This document shows, piece by piece, positions 1 through 9,619 of a stretch of DNA of 64,000 nucleotides. Position numbers and translations under genes: made by a program. This DNA is from Anaeromyxobacteraceae bacterium (GTDB lineage Bacteria > Myxococcota > Myxococcia > Myxococcales > Anaeromyxobacteraceae). The notes beneath the pieces are model-generated. The model was given only the letters and a program-made list of their open reading frames with translations, did not search any database and was not told where the DNA came from. Within the stretch, counting starts at the first letter, position 1; each line of letters begins with the position of its first letter. The stretch spans positions 736,001 to 800,000 of the forward strand of contig JAULAX010000015.1 of NCBI GenBank assembly GCA_032654565.1, given 5' to 3'.

Positions 1-1
1 G

Positions 2-31
2 CGCGACGTGACCGGCAAGGGCGGCCGGTGA
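2..31 (+). CDS. 3' end of an upstream gene (possibly a formate dehydrogenase subunit), partial
   Basis: Frame RDVTGKGGR* ends at TGA 29-31, overlapping the GTG start of fdhE (GTGA coupling); identity guessed from context only. Confidence 0.3.
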   Translation, partial: RDVTGKGGR

Positions 32-939
32 CCGGAGCCGGGCCCGGCGGCTCGGCGTCGACGTTCCTCACTCCCGGCGGCGAGCTCGGCGAGGTCCCCT
101 ACCTGCGACCCCACCCGGGGGCGGCGGCGGTCTTCGCCCGGCGCGCCGCGCGCTTCGAGGCGCTGGCGCCGGACCACGCCGCCGGCGACTACCTGGCGCT
201 GCTGGGCCGGCTGGCGGCGGCGCAGCGGGTGGCGGCCGAGCGGCTCCGCCTCACCATCCCCTCGCCGCCTGGCGACGGCGGCCTGCCCCTCGACGCGGCC
301 GGGCCACTGCCGCCCGCCTGGCGCGAGGCGCTGCGGCTGCTCCTCGGCCAGCTCGCCACGGTGGACATGCCGGCCCAGGCCCGGGCGGCGCTGGAGCGGC
401 TGGGGCGGCTCTCCGACCCCGACCTCGACGGGGTGGCGGCGCGGCTGCTGGCCGGCGAGGCGACCCGGCTCGACGTCCCGGTGGCCCCGTTCGTGGGCGC
501 GGCGCTGCAGGTGGTCTTCACCGGCCTGGCCGCCGGCCTCCCGGCGGCGTCGGTGGCCCGCGTCGAGGAGGGCTGCCCGGTGTGCGGCTCCTCTCCGACC
601 TGCGGCGTGGTGCTCGGCGACGACAAGCTCCGCTACCTCTGCTGCGGCCTCTGCGCCACCACCTGGCACCACACCCGGGTGGAGTGCGTGCTCTGCCGCT
701 CCGCCCAGCGGCTCTCCTACCTGGCGGTGGACGGCGACGCCGGGCCGGCGCGGGCCGAGAGCTGCGACGCCTGCCAGGCCTGGCTGAAGCTGCTCTACCT
801 GGAGCGCGGGCCGGGGCTGGAGCCGCTGGCCGACGACGTGGCCACCCTGGCGCTCGACCTGCTGGTCGGCGAGGGCGGCGCCCGCCGCCTCGGCCGGAAC
901 CCCTACCTGGTGATCGGGGCCGACGGCGCCGAGGCCTGA
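28..939 (+). CDS. fdhE: Formate dehydrogenase accessory protein FdhE
   Basis: CPVCGSSP, RYLCCGLCATTWH, CVLC, ESCDACQAWLK, ADDVATLALD..NPY motifs typical of FdhE. Confidence 0.9.
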   Translation: MTGAGPGGSASTFLTPGGELGEVPYLRPHPGAAAVFARRAARFEALAPDHAAGDYLALLGRLAAAQRVAAERLRLTIPSPPGDGGLPLDAAGPLPPAWREALRLLLGQLATVDMPAQARAALERLGRLSDPDLDGVAARLLAGEATRLDVPVAPFVGAALQVVFTGLAAGLPAASVARVEEGCPVCGSSPTCGVVLGDDKLRYLCCGLCATTWHHTRVECVLCRSAQRLSYLAVDGDAGPARAESCDACQAWLKLLYLERGPGLEPLADDVATLALDLLVGEGGARRLGRNPYLVIGADGAEA

Positions 940-962
940 CCGGGCCGGGCCGCGGCCGGCGC

Positions 963-2105
963 TCACCGCAGCTCGAGCACGCCCCCGTCGGCGAGCCGGC
1001 GCACCGCCTTGAGCACGTCCAGCTCGCGCAGCGGCGCCATCTCGGCCAGCTGCTTCACGGTCCGCTCCCCGTCGCAGCGGGAGACCAGGTACTTGTCGGC
1101 GTTGGAGAGCTTGAGGTTGGCGACGGCGCGGGCGTCCACCAGCCGCCGCGCCACCCGCCCCGACTCGAGCAGGTCGGCGCGCAGCTGCTGGGAGAGCAGC
1201 CGCTCGGCGTCGAGCAGCACCTGGTGGGCCGCCTCGGAGCCGGGCGCCACCGCCACGGCGCGGGTGGCCACCAGCTCGGCGTCGTCGGCCCGGCCGTCGG
1301 CCACCAGCCCGCGGGCCTGCTCGATCAGCTCGGCGGCCCCGGCCTCCTCGCCGGCGGCGGCGTCGGCCTCGGCGCGGCCGGACCCGCCGGCGGCGTGGCG
1401 GGCCGGGGCGGCGCGGACGATCCCCTGGCGGGCCAGGGCGTAGAGCCGCTGGTAGAGGTGGAAGTCGGTGGCCCGCAGCGCCAGCCCCAGCTCGTCGATG
1501 GTCCGCCCCTCGCGGGCCAGCTGCAGCAGCCGGCCGTCGACGGTGTCGGGGGTCAGGGTGGACGGCACCCGCCCGTCGTCCACCGCCAGGGTGCCGACGC
1601 CGGTGGGGAACTCGCCGCGGAAGGCGCTCCAGGCGGTGGTGCGGAACTCGGCCTCGCGCAGCACCTCGGAGAGCGGCACCGAGGTGTCGAGCTCGTCGAC
1701 CGCCGCCGGCGGCTGGTCGTCGAAGCGGAACAGCCCCGACTCCCAGAGCAGGATGTCGAGGATGGTCTCGCGGATCTTGATGGCCAGCACCTCGCGGACC
1801 ACCTCGGCGGTGACCAGCCCGGTCATCACCAGCACCCGGCCGATGCGCACCGTGGTCTCCTCCTGCACCTGGATGGCCCGCAGCATGGCGGCCTCGTCGA
1901 GGTGGTTGAAGTTGACCAGCAGCTGGCCGAACTGGTCGCGCGAGTCGTTGGACGAGGCGCCCACGGCGTTGCCGCCGGCCAGCTGGACCGTCTTCTTCAC
2001 GGTGCCGCGCTCGCAGGTGAGCGTCCCGGCCAGCCCACGCCGCGACAGCAGCTCGAGCAGGTCGCCGAGCGGGAGGATGGCAAAGCTGCCCATGAGGCCG
2101 CGCAT
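963..2105 (-). CDS. DUF4388 domain protein
   Basis: MRGLMGSFAILPLGDLLELL..GTLT..GNAVGASSN..FGQLLV..W.SG.FRF pattern; start re-set to ATG 2105. Confidence 0.7.
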   Translation of the reverse strand: MRGLMGSFAILPLGDLLELLSRRGLAGTLTCERGTVKKTVQLAGGNAVGASSNDSRDQFGQLLVNFNHLDEAAMLRAIQVQEETTVRIGRVLVMTGLVTAEVVREVLAIKIRETILDILLWESGLFRFDDQPPAAVDELDTSVPLSEVLREAEFRTTAWSAFRGEFPTGVGTLAVDDGRVPSTLTPDTVDGRLLQLAREGRTIDELGLALRATDFHLYQRLYALARQGIVRAAPARHAAGGSGRAEADAAAGEEAGAAELIEQARGLVADGRADDAELVATRAVAVAPGSEAAHQVLLDAERLLSQQLRADLLESGRVARRLVDARAVANLKLSNADKYLVSRCDGERTVKQLAEMAPLRELDVLKAVRRLADGGVLELR

Positions 2106-2171
2106 CGGCGAGGAGTCTCGCCCGGCGGGGCGGTGGCGGCAAGCGGCGGGTCCGTGGCATAAGCCCGGATC

Positions 2172-2864
2172 ATGGCCCAGCGCGAACCCGGCAGCTCCAA
2201 CCGGCAGGCGGTGATCGCCGCCGCCATCTTCGTGGTGGTGCTCGCCGCCGCCGCCTGGAAGGCCTGGGAGGTGACCCACCAGGTGGAGGCGCTGGCCCGG
2301 GCGGTGGCGCCCCCGCCCGCCGCGGCGCCCCCCCCGCCGGCCACCGAGCCGGTGGCCTTCGGCCAGCTCCTCCGCCACCGGGCCCCGCCGCTGGCCCCGC
2401 CGCTCAGCCTGCCCACCGTCGACGGCGGGCGCGTCGACCTGGCCGCGCTCAGGGGGCAGGTGGTCTTCGTGAACTTCTGGGCCACCTGGTGCCCGCCCTG
2501 CGCCAAGGAGATGCCGGGGATGGTGAAGCTGGGGCAGCGGCTGGCCGCCCGCCACCCCGGCCGGTTCAGGATGGTGGCGGTCTCGGTGGACGAGTCGGCC
2601 GACCTGGTGAACCAGTTCTTCAAGACCCCGGCGCAAGGGGGGCGGCTCCCCGCCGGTGTCACCGTGGCGCTCGACCCCGACGCCCGCCAGGTGGTCCGCC
2701 CCTGGTACTGCACCGGCCGCGGCGCCTGCGCGGCCGACGACGTGAAGTTCCCGGAGAGCTACATCCTCGACAAGGCGGGGCGGATCACCGCCTACGTCAT
2801 CGGCGACATGGACTGGTCGGAGCCGGCCGCCGAGGAGCTGCTGGAGCGGCTCATCAAGGGCTGA
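2172..2864 (+). CDS. Membrane-anchored TlpA/ResA-family thiol-disulfide reductase
   Basis: N-terminal TM, VNFWATWCPPCAKEMP, FPESYILD. Confidence 0.85.
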   Translation: MAQREPGSSNRQAVIAAAIFVVVLAAAAWKAWEVTHQVEALARAVAPPPAAAPPPPATEPVAFGQLLRHRAPPLAPPLSLPTVDGGRVDLAALRGQVVFVNFWATWCPPCAKEMPGMVKLGQRLAARHPGRFRMVAVSVDESADLVNQFFKTPAQGGRLPAGVTVALDPDARQVVRPWYCTGRGACAADDVKFPESYILDKAGRITAYVIGDMDWSEPAAEELLERLIKG

Positions 2865-3084
2865 GGACCGGCTCGGCAGGTCACATTCCGAAGTGATGTC
2901 GGGGACTTGACGCGACGCGCCCAGACAGGGTGGCGGCGCCGACGTGGTACGCCCCGGGCGGGTCGCGATCCGCTTGGACGGCCCCCTTTTCTTGATGGGG
3001 GATCAGGCCATGCCCTATAAAGGTGCGTCAACCTTCGGAGATCCGGCCATTCCCGGACTCTGGATTGGACAGGCGAGGGCCGTC

Positions 3085-4062
3085 GTGGCCGAAGCAACCA
3101 TTCCAGTCGTGATCATGGGGCTCGGCGAGGCCGGGCGGGGGATCGCCCGGGCGGTGGTGGCGCGCCCCGAGCTCCGGCTGGTGGCCGTCATCGACACCGC
3201 GCCCACCCTGCTGGGGAAGAAGCTGGACCAGCTGCTCGGCCAGCCGGCCGGCGGGCTGGTGGTGGGCGCCGACGCGGCCCCGGCCTTCATCGAGGCCCGG
3301 GGCGGCGTGGTCATCATGGCCACCACCTCCTCCTTCGAGCAGGCGCTCCCCATCATTCGACGCGCAGTGAAGGCGGGCTGCTCGGTGGTCTCCACCTGCG
3401 AGGAGCTGGCCTGGCCCTGGCTTCACCACGAGTCAGAGGCCGACGCGCTCGACCTCTTCTGCGAGGCCCACGACGTGGCGGTGGTGGGCACCGGCGTCAA
3501 CCCCGGCTTCGCGCTGGACCGGCTGCCGGCGGTGCTGGCCCAGGTGGTGGGCGAGGTGCGCCACGTGCGCGGGCTGCGGGTGGTGGACCTGGCCGGCGCC
3601 GGCGCGGCGCTGCGGGCCCGCATGGGGCTGGGGCTGGACCCCGAGGCCTTCGAGGCGGCCGACCAGCGCGGCGAGCTGGGCCACGTCGGGCTGGCCGAGT
3701 CGACGGCGCTGGCCGCGGTCGGCTGCGGGCTGGAGTTCGACGAGGTGGACGAGGAGCTGACGCCGCTGGTCGCCGACGAGGACGGGCACGGCGTCAAGGC
3801 CGGGCAGGTGGCGGGCGTCCAGCAGGTGGCGCGCGCCTTCGCGGAGGGCCGGGAAGTGGTCCGGCTGGAGCTGGAGTTCGCCCTCGGCGCGGCGGAGCCG
3901 CGCGACGAGGTGGAGATCGACGCCGATCCGCCGCTGCGCGCGGTGGTGCCCGGGGGGATCCCGGGCGAGGCGGCCACCGCCAACGCCGTGGTGCACGCGG
4001 CGCTGGCCATCACCGAACGGCGGGGGCTGATCACGGTCCTCGACCTTCCGGCAGGGCGATAG
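3085..4062 (+). CDS. NAD(P)-dependent oxidoreductase, dihydrodipicolinate reductase-like (2,4-diaminopentanoate dehydrogenase-like)
   Basis: GLGEAG Rossmann, VSTCEEL..PW, GTGVNPGF, GHVGLAES, GGIPG..AT; start uncertain (GTG 3085). Confidence 0.7.
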   Translation: MAEATIPVVIMGLGEAGRGIARAVVARPELRLVAVIDTAPTLLGKKLDQLLGQPAGGLVVGADAAPAFIEARGGVVIMATTSSFEQALPIIRRAVKAGCSVVSTCEELAWPWLHHESEADALDLFCEAHDVAVVGTGVNPGFALDRLPAVLAQVVGEVRHVRGLRVVDLAGAGAALRARMGLGLDPEAFEAADQRGELGHVGLAESTALAAVGCGLEFDEVDEELTPLVADEDGHGVKAGQVAGVQQVARAFAEGREVVRLELEFALGAAEPRDEVEIDADPPLRAVVPGGIPGEAATANAVVHAALAITERRGLITVLDLPAGR

Positions 4063-4076
4063 GCTAAGGAGCCACC

Positions 4077-4514
4077 ATGCTCGACAAGTCGCTCATCGGC
4101 CGAGTCAGCGAGCCCATCCTCCACGAGGTGGAGAAGGGGGCCATCCGGCGCTTCGCCGAGGCGCTCGGCGATCCCAACCCGCTGGCGCTCGACGAGGCGG
4201 CGGCCCGCGCCGCCGGCTACCCCGGCCTGGTGGCGCCGCCCACCTTCGCCCTGACCCTGGGCTGGGGCGAGCGCTTCCGCCACTCCCTCGACCTCGGCAC
4301 CCGCTCCATGCTCCACGGCGAGCAGTCCTTCGAGTTCGGGCGCCCCCTGGTGTCGGGCGACCGGCTCACCGTCCGCAGCAAGGTGGCCGACGTTCAGGAG
4401 CGCTCCGGCGCCAGCGGCCCCATGGACGTCATCGTCATCGAGGACGAGGGGCGCGACGAGCAGGGGGTGATGGTCTTCCGGTCGCGGGCCACCTTCATCC
4501 TGCGGCGGGGGTAA
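4077..4514 (+). CDS. MaoC-family dehydratase N-terminal (FAS1-like hot-dog) protein
   Basis: VEKGAIRRFAEALGDPNP, APPTF, LHGEQSFEF; SD GGAG upstream. Confidence 0.85.
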   Translation: MLDKSLIGRVSEPILHEVEKGAIRRFAEALGDPNPLALDEAAARAAGYPGLVAPPTFALTLGWGERFRHSLDLGTRSMLHGEQSFEFGRPLVSGDRLTVRSKVADVQERSGASGPMDVIVIEDEGRDEQGVMVFRSRATFILRRG

Positions 4515-4522
4515 CCGGGACC

Positions 4523-5392
4523 ATGACCATCAACGTGCGTCAGCTCTACTTCGAGGGCGTCAAGGTGGGCGACGAGCTCCCGCCGCTGGTCAAGCCGCCG
4601 GTGGACCGGCTGCAGATCGCCCGCTACGTCGGCGCCGCCGGCGACTGGAACCCGCTCTACATCGACGAGCCGCACGCCCGGGCCTCGGGCTTCCCCAGCG
4701 CCTTCGCCCCCGGCACCATCGGCATGGGCTTCCTCGCCGAGCTGGCCACCGACTGGACCCGGGGGGCGCGGCTGAAGCGGCTGCAGTCCCGCCTGGTCAA
4801 GTTCATCTGGCCCGGCGACGTTCTCACGGCGCGCGGGCGGGTGGTGGAGCGCCGCTTCGAGCCGGGCGACGCCTACACCATGGACCTCGAGCTCTGGGCC
4901 GAGAACCAGCGCGGCGAGCTGGTGACCCGCGGCCTGGCCACCTACCAGCTCTTCTACTCCGCCGACGACGAGTCCCGGCAGCGGGCCGGCCAGCCCCCGC
5001 TCCACGTCACCCAGGCCGAGGAGGAGGCGCGGCTGGCCCGGCTGAGCCGCGCCATGCCGCAGCGGCCGGCGGTGGTGCCGCGCCAGCTCCAGCCGGCCCG
5101 CCCCATCGCCGCTCCGCCGCCGCCGCCGGGGGCCGCCCACCTGGCGGCCAGGCCCCACCCGCTGGCCCGGCCGCCCCAGAAGCCGGTCCCGGTCCGGCCG
5201 GCCGCCGCCAAGGCGGCGCCGAAGAAGCCGGCCGGCACGCCGAAGACGAAGACGAAGACGAAGACGAAGCAGAAGCCCACGCAGGCCGCCCGGAAGCCGG
5301 CGGCCAGGCGACCGGTGGCGAAGCGGCCGGTCCGGAAGCCGGCGCCGAAGAAGAAGTCCGCGAAGAGGCCGGCGGCCAAGAAGAGGAGGTAG
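4523..5392 (+). CDS. MaoC/PaaZ-like dehydratase with Lys/Arg/Pro/Ala-rich C-terminal tail
   Basis: VGDELPPL..YVGAAGDWNPLYIDE..A..SGF; basic low-complexity tail. Confidence 0.8.
   Translation: MTINVRQLYFEGVKVGDELPPLVKPPVDRLQIARYVGAAGDWNPLYIDEPHARASGFPSAFAPGTIGMGFLAELATDWTRGARLKRLQSRLVKFIWPGDVLTARGRVVERRFEPGDAYTMDLELWAENQRGELVTRGLATYQLFYSADDESRQRAGQPPLHVTQAEEEARLARLSRAMPQRPAVVPRQLQPARPIAAPPPPPGAAHLAARPHPLARPPQKPVPVRPAAAKAAPKKPAGTPKTKTKTKTKQKPTQAARKPAARRPVAKRPVRKPAPKKKSAKRPAAKKRR
5241..5269 (+). repeat. (CGAAGA)n hexamer tandem repeat, ~4.8 copies, encoding KTKTKTKTK
   Basis: cgaagacgaagacgaagacgaagacgaag read directly. Confidence 0.9.
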
Positions 5393-6312
5393 TGCCCCTC
5401 ACCGCGCCAGGCGGCGGGGAGCGGCGCGCCTGCGCGGTCGGCGCCGCAGGCGCCGGCGCACGAGGAGGCGCCTGCGCCCTGGCGCTCGCCGTCACCCTCG
5501 GCCTGGCCGGCTGTCCTCGCACGCCGGTCGAGCCTCCGGCCGCGCCCACCGGAGCGGCGGCGGTGGCCGCCGCCCTCGCCGAGGGAGACGCCGCCTGGGC
5601 CCGCCGCGCCGAGCCCGCCGAGCTGCAGGCCGCCCTGGCCGCCTGGCGCCGCGCCGCCGCGGCCGGCCCCGGGTCGCCGGACATCGAGCTGCGCCTGGCC
5701 CGCGGCGAGGGGTTCCGGGCCCTGGCCGCCCAGGCCCCCGCCGAGGCGCTGGCCGCCCACGAGGCCTCCTCGCGCGCCGCCGAGCGGGCGCTGCGGGCCC
5801 TGTCGCCCGCCTTCGCCGCCGCCGCGGCGCAGGGGCGGCCGCTGGCCGAGGCGGCCGGCCTGGTGGAGGCGCCCGGCGCCGAGCCGCTCTACTGGCTGGC
5901 GCTGGGGCGCTTCGGCGTGGCCCAGGAGACCGGCCCGGCCGCGGTGCTGGCGGTGAAGGACCACGCCCTGGCGCTGATGACGCGGGCGGCGGCGCTCGAC
6001 GAGCGGCTGGAGGCGGGCGGCCCGCTGCGGGCGCTGGGGGCCTGGTCGGCGCTGCTGCCGGCGGCGGCCGGCGGCGGCGTGGCAGCGGCGCAGGCGCGCT
6101 TCGACCGGGCCGCCGAGCTCTTCCCCGGCGAGCCCTGGCGGCGCGTCGACGAGGCCCGCACCCTGGCGGTGCTGCTGCAGGACCGGACCGCCTTCGAGCG
6201 GCTGCTGGGCGAGGTGCTGGCCGGGCCGGGGGAGGCCGAGCGGGGGCCGGAGCAGGCGGTGGCGCGGCGCCGGGCCGGCGAGTGGCTCGACAAGCGGGCC
6301 CGCCTGTTCTAA
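5392..6312 (+). CDS. TPR-like lipoprotein, TRAP-T TatT-like
   Basis: Lipobox LAGC; LYW.A..G..., GGP.R.LG..., GG..A...FDRA.EL, F.RLL.EVL, A..RA..L...LF; true start probably downstream. Confidence 0.6.
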   Translation: MPLTAPGGGERRACAVGAAGAGARGGACALALAVTLGLAGCPRTPVEPPAAPTGAAAVAAALAEGDAAWARRAEPAELQAALAAWRRAAAAGPGSPDIELRLARGEGFRALAAQAPAEALAAHEASSRAAERALRALSPAFAAAAAQGRPLAEAAGLVEAPGAEPLYWLALGRFGVAQETGPAAVLAVKDHALALMTRAAALDERLEAGGPLRALGAWSALLPAAAGGGVAAAQARFDRAAELFPGEPWRRVDEARTLAVLLQDRTAFERLLGEVLAGPGEAERGPEQAVARRRAGEWLDKRARLF

Positions 6313-6357
6313 GCGTCGCCCCTCCGGTGGCGGCCCGCCGGCCCCTGGAGATCCCAC

Positions 6358-7533
6358 ATGACCCACGCGAAGCTCGGCACCCTGGCGGTCCACGGCGGCG
6401 AGGACCAGATCTGGGCGGTGCCGTCGGTGAACACGCCCATCTTCCAGACCACCACCTACCGCTTCGACTCGGCCGCGGCGGCCGCCGCCTACCTCGAGGC
6501 GCCCGACGGCAAGTGGCTCTACTCGCGGCTGGAGAACCCCACGGTGATGGCCGCCGAGCGGAAGCTGGCGCTGCTGGAGGGGACCGAGCAGGCCGCCCTC
6601 TTCGCCTCCGGCATGGCCGCCATCCACGCGGCGCTGGTCGCCCACCTGGCGGCCGGCGACACGCTGCTCATCGCCGACACCATCTACGGCCAGACCACCC
6701 GGCTGGCCCGCACCATCCTGGCCCGCTTCGGCGTCAAGGTGCTGGAGGTGCCGCTCGACCGGCTGGCCGAGGCGGCGGCCGCCGCGCCGCCCGGCACCCG
6801 GGCCCTGCTCTTCGAGACCCCGACCAACCCCACCATGCGGGTGGTCGACGTGGCCGCGGTGGCCGCCGCCTGCCGGGCGCGCGGCATCCTCTCGATGGTC
6901 GACGCCACCTTCGCCACCCCCATCAACCTGCGCCCGGCGCTGCTCGGCGTCGACCTGGTCATCCACAGCGCCACCAAGTACCTGAACGGCCACTGCGATC
7001 ACCTGGCCGGCGCCGTGGCCGGGAACAAGGCGGCGCTGGCGCCGGTTCTGGAGGTGCGCCGGACCGCCGGCGGCACCATGGACCCGGCGGTGGCCTACGA
7101 CCTGATCCGCGGGATGAAGACCCTGGAGATCCGCATCGAGCGGCAGAACGCCACCGCGCTGCGCCTCGCCGAGGCGCTGGAGGGCCACCCCGCGGTGGCC
7201 CGCGTCCACTACCCGTTCCTGCGCTCCCACCCCGACCAGGCCCTGGCCCGGCGGCTGCTGCGCGGCGGCGGCGGCGTCCTCTCGCTCTCGGTGAAGGGCG
7301 GCTTCGAGCCCTGCTGCCGGGTGCACGACGCCCTGCGCATCGTGGCCCGGGCCTCCTCGCTGGGCGGGGTGGAGAGCCTGGCCTCGATCCCGGTCATCTC
7401 CTCCCACCGCAACGCCACCGACGCCGAGCTGGCCGCCCAGGGGATCGACCGCGGGCTGCTGCGCCTCTCGGTGGGGCTGGAGGACGCCGACGACCTGCTG
7501 GCCGACCTGGCCCAGGCCCTGGAGCGGGCGTGA
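6358..7533 (+). CDS. PLP-dependent trans-sulfuration enzyme (cystathionine gamma-synthase/lyase family)
   Basis: PIFQTTTY, YSRLENPT, SGMAAI, FETPTNP, DATFATP, HSATKYLNGH, SLGGVESL, LLRLSVGLED. Confidence 0.92.
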   Translation: MTHAKLGTLAVHGGEDQIWAVPSVNTPIFQTTTYRFDSAAAAAAYLEAPDGKWLYSRLENPTVMAAERKLALLEGTEQAALFASGMAAIHAALVAHLAAGDTLLIADTIYGQTTRLARTILARFGVKVLEVPLDRLAEAAAAAPPGTRALLFETPTNPTMRVVDVAAVAAACRARGILSMVDATFATPINLRPALLGVDLVIHSATKYLNGHCDHLAGAVAGNKAALAPVLEVRRTAGGTMDPAVAYDLIRGMKTLEIRIERQNATALRLAEALEGHPAVARVHYPFLRSHPDQALARRLLRGGGGVLSLSVKGGFEPCCRVHDALRIVARASSLGGVESLASIPVISSHRNATDAELAAQGIDRGLLRLSVGLEDADDLLADLAQALERA

Positions 7534-8327
7534 AGCCCCGCCTCGCCGCCCCCGGGCTGGCCCTGGCGGTGGCGGCGGTGCTGGCCGGCTGCCACCCGCG
7601 GCGGCCGCCCCCCGACCTCTCGCTCGACCCCACGGCGCTGCTGGCCGAGGTCCGGGCGGCGCAGGCCCGGGTGGTGAACGTGCAGGGGCGGGCCCGGGTG
7701 GGGGTCGACTCGCCGGGCGGCTCCGGCGGCGTCGAGCAGCTGCTGGTGGCCGAGCGGCCGGGGCGGCTGCGCCTCGAGACCCACGACTTCTTCGGCAACG
7801 TGGTGGCGGTGCTGGCGGTCGAGGCCGGCCGGCTGGCCCTCTACGACGCCCGGGCCGGGACCTTCCAGCGCGGCGCCGCCACCCCGGCCAACCTGGCGCG
7901 GCTGGTGCCGGTGCCGGTCACGCCCGAGGCGCTGGTGACCCTGCTCTGCGGCTCGGCGCCGCTCCTCGACGGCACCGCGGTGGAGGCCGAGCCGGGCGAC
8001 GGCGTCGTCCATCTCACGCTGCGTGAAGGCGACCTGGTGCAGCGGCTGCAGGTCGGCCCCGGGGCCGCGGTCCACGCCTCGCGGCTGCGGCGGCTGACGG
8101 CCGCCGGCGAGCGGCCCGCCGGGCTCGACGTCGACTTCTCCGACCACCGCAGCCGCGCCGGCCAGCGCCTCCCCACCGACCTGTCGGCGCGCGCCGTCGA
8201 GGCCGGGGTGGCCCTCTCGCTCCACTGGCGGGAGCTGGAGATCAACCAGCCGCTCGACCCCTCCCTCTTCCAGCTCGGCCCGCCGGCCGGGGCCCGGGTC
8301 GTGGATCTCGACCTGCCCGCGCCGTAG
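7530..8327 (+). CDS. Lipoprotein with LolB/DUF4292-like fold
   Basis: GTG overlapping upstream TGA; signal + LAGC lipobox; ERPGRLRLE..DFFG; N.PLD.SLF.L.PPAG C-terminus. Confidence 0.65.
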   Translation: MKPRLAAPGLALAVAAVLAGCHPRRPPPDLSLDPTALLAEVRAAQARVVNVQGRARVGVDSPGGSGGVEQLLVAERPGRLRLETHDFFGNVVAVLAVEAGRLALYDARAGTFQRGAATPANLARLVPVPVTPEALVTLLCGSAPLLDGTAVEAEPGDGVVHLTLREGDLVQRLQVGPGAAVHASRLRRLTAAGERPAGLDVDFSDHRSRAGQRLPTDLSARAVEAGVALSLHWRELEINQPLDPSLFQLGPPAGARVVDLDLPAP

Positions 8328-8360
8328 GATCCCCCCTCACCGCCGCACCCCGGAGTCACC

Positions 8361-9062
8361 GTGGACCAGAACCTCCTCCAGCTCGTCAAGACGAGCTTCT
8401 CCCTCTGGGTGATCATCGTCTGCTCGGTGGTGGCCGTGGCCGCCGCGGTCGAGCGGGTCATCGCCCTCTGGGGCTTCGGCGACAAGGCGCGGGCGCTGGC
8501 CGACGCCGTGGGCCGCGCCCTCTACCGCGGTGACCTCGAGGACGGCCGGGCCCAGTGCGAGCGCTCCACCTCGGCGGCCGCCGAGATCTTCCTGGCCGCC
8601 CTGGTGGCCCTCTCGCCCAAGGGGGGCTCGCTGGCCGGCCGCCCGGCCACCCCGCCCGACGCCGGGCGGCTGGCGGCGGCGGTGGACCGCGAGCGGCAGC
8701 GGGTCAACCTGCGGCTGCGGCGGAGCCTCTGGATCCTCGGCACCGTGGGCGCCACCGCCCCCTTCGTCGGCCTCTTCGGCACCGTGGTGGGGATCATGAA
8801 CGCCTTCCACGACATGGCCCACACCGGCCAGGGCGGGTTCGCGGTGGTCTCGGCCGGCATCTCCGAGGCGCTCATCACCACCGCCGCCGGCATCGCCGTG
8901 GCGGTGCTGGCGGTGATCCTCTTCAACGCCCTCAACACCCGGGTGCAGCACCTGGCCCTGCAGCTGCGGCTCCTCACCGAGGAGTACCTGGAGCTGGTCA
9001 CCGAGCTGCTGCCCACCCTGCGCGCCGGGGCGCCGGCCCGCCCCACCGACGGGGAGGGCTGA
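8361..9062 (+). CDS. exbB: MotA/TolQ/ExbB proton channel
   Basis: LGTVGATAPFVGLFGTVVGIMNAF, AGISEALITTAAG. Confidence 0.88.
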   Translation: MDQNLLQLVKTSFSLWVIIVCSVVAVAAAVERVIALWGFGDKARALADAVGRALYRGDLEDGRAQCERSTSAAAEIFLAALVALSPKGGSLAGRPATPPDAGRLAAAVDRERQRVNLRLRRSLWILGTVGATAPFVGLFGTVVGIMNAFHDMAHTGQGGFAVVSAGISEALITTAAGIAVAVLAVILFNALNTRVQHLALQLRLLTEEYLELVTELLPTLRAGAPARPTDGEG

Positions 9063-9064
9063 CC

Positions 9065-9523
9065 GTGGCGCTGGGAGGCCCGAGCGGCGGCGGCCACGAG
9101 GGCGAGGGTGAGGGCGACGGGGCCATCTTCGCCGACATCAACATCACCCCGCTCACCGACATCTTCCTGGTCCTGCTCATCATCTTCATGGTGACCACCA
9201 CCGCCATCACCGAGTCGGGCGCCGACAAGGGCGGCTTCAAGGTGACCTTGCCCAAGGGCGGCAAGGGCGACGCCGTGGCGGCGCGCGACCTCTCCATCGC
9301 CATCCTCGCCGACGCCCGGGTGGTGGTGGGGGGCAAGGTGGTCGACGAGGCCGAGCTGCGCTCCATGCTGACGGCCTCGGCCGAGAAGAACCCGGAGACC
9401 CTGGTGCTGGTCCAGGCCGACGAGGGGGTGGCCCACGGCCGGGTGGTGGCGGTGATGGACCTGGCCCGGCGGCTCGGGCTGCAGCGGCTGGCCATCGCCA
9501 CCCGCGCCGAGGGCGGCAAGTAG
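9065..9523 (+). CDS. exbD: ExbD/TolR biopolymer transport protein
   Basis: DINITPLTDIFLVLLIIFMV, QADEGVAHGRVVAVMD. Confidence 0.88.
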   Translation: MALGGPSGGGHEGEGEGDGAIFADINITPLTDIFLVLLIIFMVTTTAITESGADKGGFKVTLPKGGKGDAVAARDLSIAILADARVVVGGKVVDEAELRSMLTASAEKNPETLVLVQADEGVAHGRVVAVMDLARRLGLQRLAIATRAEGGK

Positions 9524-9619
9524 GCCTGCCCCCTGGCGATATCGCCCGCTGGCGCCGGCCGGCAAGTCAGGTGGGCCGCCGGCTCGACCCGGCCCCGGCC
9601 CGGCGTTACATTGAGCCCG

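Noticed and set aside
2881..2896. CRP/FNR-like site TCACA-N6-AGTGA
   Set aside because: Half-sites are in the reverse orientation to TGTGA-N6-TCACA
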